A stretch of DNA of 64,000 bases, from assembly GCA_002633005.1 (NCBI GenBank), contig NMRA01000437.1, positions 216,330-280,329 on the forward strand, given 5' to 3'. This stretch comes from Phoronis australis. Taxonomy: Eukaryota; Animalia; Phoronida. The position numbers were made by a program, and so were the translations under genes. Of this stretch, positions 40,901 to 50,800 are shown in pieces. Under the pieces are notes generated by a model, which was not told the origin of the DNA, made no database searches, and saw only the letters and a program-made list of their open reading frames with translations. How positions within the stretch are numbered: position 1 is the stretch's first letter; every line of letters begins with the position of its first letter.

Positions 40901-43900
40901 GTTTTTTCTCTGGGGAGTGTCCCTAACATTCAAAATGGATTTCAAAATTTAAGATCTAAAGGGTTTCGTGTATCAAGTGTTGCTGCGATGCTGTTGTCCA
41001 ATATTCATGAGGATACGTCTCCCACTGAATTACACTGGCCTATTGAGTCTTTCAGAATACATGGAATTACATTTCGATGGACATCTTTCCCAGAATTCCC
41101 TCTTGCTTCCGATCCCAACTGAATGATTGGCTTTGGAAAGCTAATTAAAATGTATCTCAACTAAAACAATACGTAAGATTATTCAGTGATAGGTCTACGG
41201 CAAACTAAGCAAAAATGTGAGACTATATAGTGCCCGAGAAGCGTGATTTAAACGAAATGAATAGAAGACAAGAAAGGTGTGAACTTGAGATGGCAGAGTT
41301 GGAATGGAGTTCACCGCCGAGTGGCGGCAGAAGGTACATCTACACCTACGTGCAAGTTGGCGATCTCGTTTTCCATAGCGCGACATTCTTTGTTGAGCTC
41401 TTCTTTCCAGTAAGTGATGTCGTCAACGCGTTCACCTGTTTGTACATACACGTAAATGTTCGTGATTAGGCAGAGTAGGGTCACGGAAGTGACCGCTGTG
41501 AGCCCAAAACAGAGAGTGCATATCTAAGCAGTGGCTGCTGTCTCCCTAACACAGCAAAACTACCGAAATGTGGGTATAGTAAAACGGTGGGCGTCATAGT
41601 TATGAGGTGAGACGTCAACAAGGCGCACGCGCAGCCGTGTTAAACTCTTGAGATGCGAGCAAATGGGCATATTTCTTATGACGTACAACACTTAGTAGTG
41701 ATTATGTACCTCCCAGTTGTTCAACACTCACAATATTAATAAAATATTCTCAGACAGAGACTTTTTTCTGCCGGCTGCTCGTGCCCTTCGGATCGTCAGT
41801 GGGCTGTATTGTGACGACACCTATTGGTCAGTTATGCAAATAGCGGTGCTGTTGTCTAACCTCCATAGTTTGAATGTCGTTTTCGATGTTCACTAATTCT
41901 TTCTGCAATTCCTCTTTCCAGTAGACAATGTCGGTAACGCGTTCGCCTACGTTTAATGATACATCAAGTGAATTTTGTATACGCGTCAAGTATATTCAAG
42001 TCACATTCAAACAGGATGCAAAGGCTAACTCTCTGATATAAAGTAACTAAATTATTTACACTTTTGTCAAAACAGTTCCTTATAGCTTTTAAAGCTGTAT
42101 CACGCCACTAGTTAGCTGCCAATGTTGATTTTTTACTGAAACTTTTTGAAGTTTATGACGTTGCCACGATCAATCACCCAATCTTGAATTGTTGCCAATT
42201 GAGCCGACAACTCGCGTCAGAGCCACGTACCGTTGTCAAATCCGCAATTTCAGACTTTATTAATGTCAATAAACTTTGAAGCGTTTTCTTGAGTCGTTGA
42301 CGAATTCTTTGTTATTGTTGGTAACAGAAGTAGTCCTATCACGGTAAGGAATATTGTGGGACGAGTTTAATGAGAGTAAAAAGCCGAAATCTATTTTCCC
42401 TTTTTTATCCAGCTAAACATGGCGAAATGCTTACAGCTTTGGTGATAATCAAGTAGACTTTTCAAAATCAATACACACAGATCTATTTCGTAACCAGTAT
42501 GTTTTTAATACAGTAAATCATACAACCCGTTTACGGATTCTCTTTTGTAAACGTCAAGTCCAAAGAATGCAATTAGTACATCTGGATTTTACTTTTCGAC
42601 CCTCACTTACCTAACCGCTTGGTAACTGTCGTCTGTCGATTGCGAGTACGGGCATCAGTTTCTTTGATCGCTCGCCAGGCGTCAGCACGCAGACGCTCGG
42701 CATAGCTGCGCTCGCGATCAGACATGGAGTAGTGGGTGTTATTGGACAGATCCCAGTCTCCAGTGGTAAAACGAGAGTACAGAGCATTTCTGTAAAGACA
42801 AAACGCCAGCGAAAATTCATACAGTGTTCTCCATTATTGATGAGTTTGCACAATGAGTGAAGGGTCTTTTCGTAATACGTGAAACGATACTTTTGCCGCG
42901 CATGAACGTGAAATAAGCCAGCCGTGAATTAAAAGTTTTTTTTGTATTTTTGTATTTGTCACTGTCGTGAAGTGTGAAATTAGTTCATCGAACTCGTGAA
43001 CGCGGACGATATTTGGTATTGACGAGACGTCGTCTTGAGGGAAATGGTGGCGAATGGTACAGAATTGTAGCACAAAGGAACGATAATTAATGACGACGAG
43101 GAGATGAAGTGTCGTGTACCGGAAAACTCGAAGATGCGCTTATCCCTTTCAGCTTCGCGATTTGGGTTGAGTTGGAAGAAAACGACTTGTTGGCTGCACT
43201 TAGTTGATTTAACTGTTCCGCTTAGTCAATCGGCTAGGACATCTGTTTGGTTCTCGATGACGAATTTTGGCTTCCAAGTGGGCTGACACGGCGGAACCGG
43301 CGAAGTTAATGAAATGCAGCTATTGACAACAGCGATGTAACCATGTTCCGCTTTCTAAAACTGACCGTGGCGAATATCAACCCCTCTGTTTAATGTGCTG
43401 CCAAAAAAGCAACACGAAATGCATGAATTAGTCAACAAATATTTGTATCGCGATCAGTAAGGCGAGATTACTTGCGAGGGACAGCTAGACTAATGGGGCC
43501 GAGTGCTCATATATAAACATGGCGATATCTCACGACGACGTACGTAGTTCCGCCAGTGAAACTCTTAACAAATTAGTCTGGTTTACTTACGGCACTTGAC
43601 TGTCTCGTATAACTTTACCACACAGTTCATCAGACACGCGACCAGTCGAGCTGTACAGAGATGTGGACAGAAAGCGTAAATGAAAGTGATAGTGGACAGT
43701 GGGAAAGTATCGAGAAAAGGAAAACGAGAGGGAAAATGGATTTGAATTTGAATGTCAAACAAGAGAAATGTGTATTTTCCAATTTTGACAAGATGGACAT
43801 TGTTAACTCACTCGAGTTAAAGAAAGTAAATAAGTGTTAGAACTACGATCTGTGACATGTGTTCGCCAGGTGGCGCGCGATGTTAGTTGTCACTTTAAAA

Positions 43901-45795
43901 TCGTCTGCTTTTTATCGTGTTACCTATTCAGAAGCCGCAAACACTTCTCTTGTATCTAGGCAAACATGCCACGTGACAAATAATAAAAACAATGAAATGA
44001 GTATATTTATTTCTGTTAATATCAATGCATACGCGCACCCAATGGGCTCGAGGGTCTCGAACGACACCTCCCATTTGGTGAAGTGGGCAAAAAGGTCCGC
44101 CTCAGAGAAACATGAAGGCCGAGAAAACGAGACAAAAACCCACTAAAAAGGCGCGAATACACAATTCATAGCTCTGAACATAGTACCCCGTTTTTTATTT
44201 TTAGTCCCCCGTTTTTATTTTTAGTCCCCCGTTTCTTGTTAGTGAAAGGTCCGCATTATCAAACATTCGAGCCTCCTGATATTTTAGGCTGGGAATGCGC
44301 ATGCAAGATTATGGCAAAAACTGATATTTTTCCGGCAAAGAATTCATTCGCTTACCGCCTTACTTCAAGGGAGCGCCCCAGATCGGCGGGGGCAGATAGA
44401 CTTTTCTTCGGCTTAGTGACCGCCTTTCGTTTTGATTGCTCGTTTCTGACAAGATAGATTTTAAAGCTTTTGGTTCCTAGCCTAGATTGTGAGTTTTTAA
44501 CTTGAGGCGTAACAAGAATTTTGACAGATATGCCCACGCACAAGTCGCGTGATTCCTGACACTTTTGCTGGTACACTCCCGTGCACGGACACTGAATCAG
44601 TAATCTGGCCTTTATATGACCATAACAAATCCACAGATTCGCATATCATATTACAACTTTGGTTTATAAATCCGAGGAAGCTATGTCCCCTTTTATCGCG
44701 CGTGAACTTAAGTAGCATGGCTCAAATTGTGATTGCTTGCCGTCCAGGCTTAGGGAAATTTGTGCAATGCTGCATGTATCTTCAGTAAATAGTCGTTGTT
44801 GAGAATGAATATGGGAAAGACTTATGGTTTGAGAGAGCAACTGTAATTCTACCTAGCTTTCCTCACGTCTGGTACAAGATCGTGCTTGCAACCGATTCCC
44901 GCCATGACGTCATAAAAACAATTGGTGCACACTGGTTGGCGCCGTGATCGGAACCGGTCCGCATCTTCCAGTCTCTTCCCGCTTCATGTTTTGACGACAG
45001 TAATAATAGTTGGATCACCAGATTTACGGCACAATACACGACATTATTTCGTATAAACTTGTACTTTTATTTAGAGCACATTTCTATCTCAATTTCAACC
45101 GATGTTTAATGTATCTATGGTCACTTAACAACTGTTCAAGATTAACTCATTTATGATTTCTGACAATTGTACACATGTTTCGTTTCGATGGCGGAATTTG
45201 TTATGGATTTGTTGAGTGATCTGAGAACGGTTTAAATTTACTCACGTGTAGCCTGTCTGTGTATTGTTGTTGCCACTCGAATTGAAACCTCTCGCAATGA
45301 AGCGTTTACGGCTGAGTGCGAACACAGAAAATAGAAATCACTGAAGTGGTCAAAAGGATGAAACAAAGAAAAGAATGCCTTAAAAAGCAGTAACCAAAGG
45401 AAGACAGGAAAACCGCCTCAATAACCAATGTCCACTCGCCGTATAAAGTTTGCACCAAGCGGCCTTAAACAGGGACGAGGCAATGACTATAGCAAAAAGT
45501 AAACGAAATCATCTAGTCGATTATTACGAATGACAACGTTAGTGCTCGCTGTATTTGAATATCTGAGTTGTGTAATTTCTGTCTGTAGTGATAGTAAGCT
45601 TCTCAACCGTCCCGCTTGACAGCGCTGCTCTCGTTTATCTCTGAAGTCGTCTTACCTGGCCGGGTTGAAGTAAGTTCTCGCGTGGCTCATGTTCATATTT
45701 TTGCTAAAGCTCTTCATGATAGAGTTGTCTGCTAGAATGGGCAACACTTTGGTCATCTCCGGAGTGACCGGAGTCCGACTTCGCACAGACATCAT
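31673..45795 (-). CDS. TEKT3: Tektin-3/5 family gene (axonemal microtubule inner protein); spliced CDS join(45795-45656,42789-42611,[41946-41861 or 41435-41350],40721-40584,[39884-39814 = 38798-38728],38008-37865,34827-34605,33478-33324,31907-31673), 1371 nt, about 456 aa
   Basis: All exons have GT-AG boundaries with compatible phases and join into one open frame. Tektin-3-type motifs include [83 protein letters not shown] and DIAVK.NSL.ID..GCM..RK.YP. Confidence 0.95.
33324..33478 (-). CDS. TEKT3: Tektin coding exon 8 ([52 protein letters not shown])
   Basis: ttttacag acceptor, gtaagt donor; contains the tektin signature nonapeptide variant. Confidence 0.96.
34605..34827 (-). CDS. TEKT3: Tektin coding exon 7 ([74 protein letters not shown])
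   Basis: ttttgcag acceptor, gtaggc donor; strong resemblance to the tektin-3 PESWAKFT...ETADAKNK segment. Confidence 0.96.
35760..36086. mobile_element. MITE with 5-bp TSD CATAG in a tektin intron (opposite orientation)
   Basis: CATAGCGGG...GATCCGCCACTG; TSD at 35755-35759 and 36087-36091. Confidence 0.82.
37865..38008 (-). CDS. TEKT3: Tektin coding exon 6 (LDRAALHEMSKDQKDKFHAQNLDDRMYQLRNSSQGIGYHPGIENVDNT)
   Basis: tttgcag acceptor, gtaagt donor, 144 nt, phase 2-2. Confidence 0.93.
38728..38798 (-). CDS. TEKT3: Tektin coding exon 5, second near-identical copy (likely the other haplotype)
   Basis: Identical to 39814-39884 except one synonymous Cys codon change (TGT/TGC); lies in a block duplicated across the single N at 39329. 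Confidence 0.75.
38830..39157 (-). mobile_element. 5'-truncated LINE insertion (CR1/L2-like ORF2 C-terminus plus 3'UTR and A-tail) with 14-bp TSD
   Basis: Flanked by TTGGTTTCCAGCTT at 38816-38829 and 39158-39171, with poly-T at the left end. Minus translation FFLYGCQELNSNENKVLFEIVSEFLSNIK resembles LINE ORF2 termini. Absent from the duplicate block near 39902-39915. Confidence 0.75.
39814..39884 (-). CDS. TEKT3: Tektin coding exon 5, copy in the right contig (EVAVIKRCQERMKKVLQKAHIQLK)
   Basis: ttcgcag acceptor, gtatgt donor, 71 nt, phase 0-2. Confidence 0.85.
40584..40721 (-). CDS. TEKT3: Tektin coding exon 4 ([46 protein letters not shown])
   Basis: ttattag acceptor, gtaaga donor, 138 nt, conserved CL..RE.R.GID.VHD.VE motif. 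Confidence 0.95.
41350..41435 (-). CDS. TEKT3: Tektin alternative exon 3b (GERVDDITYWKEELNKECRAMENEIANLH)
   Basis: caaacag acceptor, gtaggt donor, 86 nt, phase 1-0, paralogous to exon 3a. Confidence 0.88.
41861..41946 (-). CDS. TEKT3: Tektin alternative exon 3a (GERVTDIVYWKEELQKELVNIENDIQTME)
   Basis: aacgtag acceptor, gttaga donor, 86 nt, phase 1-0, conserved [10 protein letters not shown] motif. Confidence 0.85.
42611..42789 (-). CDS. TEKT3: Tektin coding exon 2 ([60 protein letters not shown])
   Basis: tttacag acceptor, gtaagt donor, conserved tektin N-terminal helix. Confidence 0.93.
43591..43650 (-). CDS. Probable optional 60-nt symmetric (phase 2-2) tektin cassette exon (STGRVSDELCGKVIRDSQVP)
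   Basis: Long polypyrimidine tract ending ctctgtacag, perfect gtaagt donor, open in the tektin frame; no homology support. Confidence 0.5.
44028..44303. mobile_element. MITE homologous to 54606-54854, in tektin intron 1
   Basis: CATACGCGCACCC...GGGAATGCGCATG; shared internal blocks (gggcaaaaaggt, gagacaaaa, ttttagtcc, gtccgcat). Confidence 0.7.
45656..45795 (-). CDS. TEKT3: Tektin coding exon 1 (MMSVRSRTPVTPEMTKVLPILADNSIMKSFSKNMNMSHARTYFNPAR)
   Basis: Acceptor ...ccatttcag at 45813, in-frame upstream TGA before the ATG, donor AG|gtaaga; the phase-2 end matches the next exon. Confidence 0.85.
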
Positions 45796-47210
45796 CTTGC
45801 TACCAAGTCAATCTGAAATGGATATAAGATTCAACATATGAACTACTGCATAAACACTACGCCCTTGGAACTGTGGAATTGGTTCTGAGAGCTGGGGGCC
45901 TCAGAATTTCATACGTCAGTTCTGCATGCATTCATATTAATTGTATCAACATGATATTTCAGCGTGCTTTTTTCAGTGATCAGCGACAATTGAAATACTA
46001 TTAGTGGCGAAGTAACGTGCTGAGTGCTTCAACAACAAAGGGCAGTGCTGAGGGAGACTCAATACTCCAACATTAAGAGTAATTGCAATTTAAATGCCTA
46101 CAGTTCGTGGGATATAAGTGCAACAGTCTGCTAGTAAACGTTGCACTATTTGAATATTTCTCAAACTATTGACAGCAAGTCCATGACAACTTAATGTGAC
46201 ACTAATTGTTCGAATTACCAATGTTTACATGAACTTCATTTCGTGTCACGCACATCAAGGAAATAGAATGTAAATACATATAACAAGCGACAATGCTTGT
46301 GTTTCTTCTCTCTCTGTTTGAGAATGTCACAATTTGATCTATTCAGTCCTCGCTGAGTTGAATAAAATGTGTTCGTAAGGGGTGCATCATCGAGGCATCG
46401 ACTGTTTGTGACGTCGTCATAGGACACATGCCATATCCGTCGTCATTGGAAACCTCTCGAGATAAGATTTATGTCACATTCAACAAGTAATCGCGACCAA
46501 GCAGGATGACGATAATCTTTGACAAATTACCAACATATAACCTTGTTTGTTAACCTTTCTCAATGAGTGAACCCCGTGTGGGTGAGTTTATAAAAAGCAA
46601 GAGTTAACACTTTCATGAACCTAAAACTTATTGCAAGAAGACATTCAGTCCTGGCACTGAATTCTTGCATCACATTCCTTTTTAACATTTCAGACTTTGT
46701 AGAAATTGGAGTTCTGGTATGCAAAAATTGCATAAAGATAAATGTCATTAAATTCTATGTTGTCAAGGTTGTTATTGAAGTATCTCAACTGGCTCTTTGA
46801 GGTTAGAGACGCTTAGTTTTTGTCTTAAGCAACAAAGGAAACGTCAAACGAAAACACGAGAGAAAACCATAATTACAATATTTCCCAGTTCCATTGACCA
46901 ACAGACAGTTTATAATATCGCGAACTATACATGTATATCACATTCAATATCACGGGTGCAGCTACTATAAACGACAATACGCGGGTGCAATCTTTAAAAT
47001 TAGGGTGAATTCAAGTATTTTAGTAAAAATTGAGTTATATCTTACATGACGGTTCTCTGAGTACGATAATTGTCACATATTCTCCTCAACATTAAATCGA
47101 ACACCTAATATTAAGGGATCGCTATACGTACTAGCAGAAAACATCCAGCTACTCAATAGTTCTATCAAGTAAAGAATGCGCTTTAATCAGAGTTGTTCAT
47201 TTATTAAAAC

Positions 47211-47368
47211 CAGGAGCGGATCGGGGATTTTGAGTTGGGGGAGCAGGACAAGGTATTAGCCACGATTTTGCCCGTCAGTCATTCGCACCCCCCAACTATC
47301 AATTGGAATCTGGTAGAATTTTAGGGGAGCATAGCCCCTTGCCCCTTCCCACCCTAAATCCACCACTG
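47211..47368. mobile_element. MITE with 5-bp TSD AAAAC
   Basis: CAGGAGCGGAT...ATCCACCACTG; reverse-orientation homolog of 20561-20722. Confidence 0.8.
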
Positions 47369-47856
47369 AAAACAACAAAGCCTAGGTACCTAAATACGCA
47401 TCATTTTATGTTCGAAAAACCACCTTTAATATTATCGTTATACTGCTATAACACGAAAAGAGACAAACTCACTACAAATTTTCACCTACATTTTCCGTTC
47501 ATAATCAATTTCATAGCAAGTAACATTTTTAGGGTGGAAAAGCATAACTGAAGTCTTGAAAGACTTAAAACGCTAAGGGAGATACCATTTCAAGAGTTCG
47601 CCGTGCAAGCTAACATTCCAAGTTATTCCATCGAAGAAAACCTTTTGAAATTAATCCAGAAATTGTTTTATTTCAAGAATATGACAAAATCAACTTGCCT
47701 CAGGATAATAAACTAAATATTTAATATTACATAGTATATTCTCACCACAGAAATAACCAGTTATTTTAATATCTCACCATCAACTCCAAGAACTATCGTA
47801 CAATACGTCCGTTCATCAAGCCTACACAACGCCTCCTGTGAGCATAATGCTGCATC

Positions 47857-47870
47857 GTCGTCATAACGAC
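47857..47870. promoter_or_regulatory. RFX X-box-like palindrome GTCGTCATAACGAC upstream of the tektin gene (probable promoter)
   Basis: Near-palindromic X-box match, with E-box CACGTG at 47878 and forkhead-type GTAAATA at 48031. Minus-strand gtgag donors at 47777 and 47745 could end a non-coding first exon. Confidence 0.5.
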
Positions 47871-50800
47871 AGCCAGACACGTGACTCTCCCGTCTTCACA
47901 ACAAACCCGAACAAAAGAAAACCAAGAACTTTTCATGTGGCAGTATTTATCGAAAATACACCGACATCATTAACTGGCTTGTCTACGACGTGTCAATAAA
48001 TAAACCACTAAGTGAGATGGTGCATAAAAAGTAAATACAATTATTTGTAAGTTAATGAGCCACAATGTAGAATCAAACGATTTTATCACGCTCAGTATGA
48101 CGACGGCGTAACGCCAATAAAAAGCAATCAAGTTTTGACGACTCCATAGACTCAGTGTTTAGTTTCTAAACCATTGCAAACTGAATATATTATGAAGAAT
48201 AATGTTAGACTTTTTACATAAGGCTAACAAACTGAAAACGATCTCTCGGAATCCTTATCAACCAGACTGCGTCTAGCCAAACAGCACCGCCTCAAATCAA
48301 GAGTCAAAAATATCTGAGCTTAGTCACAACTCGAGTTTGATGTCAACTCGAAAGCCCTTAAAAAGCTTAAATCTAATGTTCGTCAAATAGGCGTTATCTT
48401 GTGATAATGTCACGTGGTTACACACTCGTCATCGGGGTTGTGGCATCGTAATATTATGAAAATTAAAAATAAATATTTAATTTTAATAAAAATTGCGGTT
48501 ATATATTCATGTACCCGATCTGTTCAGAGTTGAGTACCCCAGACAATTCTGTTGTCTAAGTTCTGTTGCAGAGTTAACGTTCGGTAACGTTTGGGCTGTG
48601 TGTAAAGAGTGACATGATAAAAGCGTTAACTTTACAATTGTTACAACTTGTTAATTTCTCTGAGCTTGACGCTGTCCATAGTCATAGCAACCGTAGAGTA
48701 TGCGATTCAAAGTCAGCAGACCGCTTAATTCATTATGTTCCCAGATGAGTTCATTTTAGTGTGTTTTACGCGACATGTTATAAATGTTTGAATATTTCCT
48801 GAATTCAAGAATTCTCGGCTGTGGGTAGTGAGGTCGTAGGCCATCTACACCATAGGTATTGGACCCAGTTAAATAAATCGAAAATGTCAAAATTAAAAAC
48901 AATAATACGACAAACTTTACACATTGATTGCTTAAAATTACTAGGCATTTTGAAAATTATTACCGGCCTGTTGTCATCGCAAATAAATTAATCCAGACGC
49001 ACAATTTTAACAGTTTAAGCGCTAAAATGCACCGTTGATACCTGAAATGGGACAAATATGCAAGGCCTGAGACATTTTTGACAGCGGGATATGAGTGTGC
49101 GTTTCAATTCCTATATGCGGGTTCTAATCACGTCATCATAGCGACAAACACGTAATCACTAAAATTCAATTGGATGCGGCTGTTATCCCTAACATTCCTA
49201 CCACCTCTGCAGACGGCATGATAAACGTACAATATAGTTGTACATACGACTTGCAACTGTACAACGCTATTAATAAACGTCCCTGGATCTATTAGTGAAC
49301 CCAACAAACAGGGCTTCATTTCAATATAGGGGTGCGGATGAAATTTGATATTACAGAAACTAAATACTAGAGCCAGGAACAATATCGGTAACAAGAAAAA
49401 TTAACTACAGTACGGATTGTTTGTTTCCATTCTGATTCCATTCACAGTGACCCGGTTTTGTGTGCGGTGGGTTATAGCATTGCCGTACATGTGCGTAGTG
49501 TTGCTTGCATTATCCCAAAATCAGCCGGGCATCCACAAAGAAATGTTTGAATAGAATGAATTGATTTCGGTCACCTCTTTAATTCACGGCCAAGCCAAAA
49601 TTGCGTATTCGAGGTCCCAACCAAACGCACTTGTATTGACATTCGTGTGTTGCAGCCTATTTAGAAATTCCGCATTCTTAGCATTGAGATAAACATCTTA
49701 GTTGCACTTTTTGGTCTTTGTGATCGAAAAACCTCACACTACTGTAGACAGTTTTACTTGGAGAACTGCAACAGATACCGACCTACGTCAAAGGGCGAAG
49801 ACTGTGTTTTCCATGGCAGACATGATCCTTTTGTCCTCATTCTAATCGTGTTTTCAGGTTTTCTCCACTTTGGTTGTATTCGTTGAAACGGAAAATCAAG
49901 TACTCAACCAGCTTATATGAAAAGTTATTTTGATATCGTACACAAACACGTGCTCATCCTATAAGCGACATGACGTGATTTGTTCAAAGGCTACCGCGGA
50001 GTGCTTATTCAGGTATTTCTATTAGGCGCACCTGTAGCGCTAATTGAAAGATTCTCTTTCAGAAAATTCAGTCACCTTCGACATAGAGACGTAAATTCCG
50101 TCGAAATTAGGCGTGTAATCTATTGCTGTGCTTCTATGACACTTGCCGAGATAACCTATCTGACCCCCGCATTATATTAACTGTATATATTGCTATACCG
50201 AAGAAATAATGGACAGATTCCAGGCACGTTTCTAGCCAACAAGAGGTCAAATAATAAAATAGACGGAGGTAAAACGTAGCAATTTTGCGCCAATCTGTGT
50301 ATTATACAGCCGGCAATACACATCTCTTGTGATAACGACAATAGAGATTGGGTGTGGAATGCGACATTTGATTGGTGAGCATTTTGACGTCATGATCTGA
50401 CAGCGTTGCCTGCGCTGTATCTACGTGTTATCACAGTTAATTGGTGTAGCAAGATCATTTAGGTAATAGTTCCCAACATTACACAAACGTCCCGTTTCAG
50501 TGAACAACCATTCTTCTTATCCCACGAACTGCACCGACGTTCTCACTTAGTGAATCTCAATTCGTTTCATTTCTCACGAGCGGTTCGTACGAAACAATCT
50601 GGTCCGTGAAAACGCTTTGAAGTACGTGATTAAAGAAAACGAAGCTAGTAAGAAGAAAACTGGGTTGGTGAAAGAAAGCTGTGAGCGAGAACAATCGTAA
50701 GGTCGGATGACTAGCACACCGGCCAATATCAAAACTCTACTAGCTAAACACGCATCAACATTGCCGCAAAGTAGAACAATATAAGTTCCGCTAATATATC

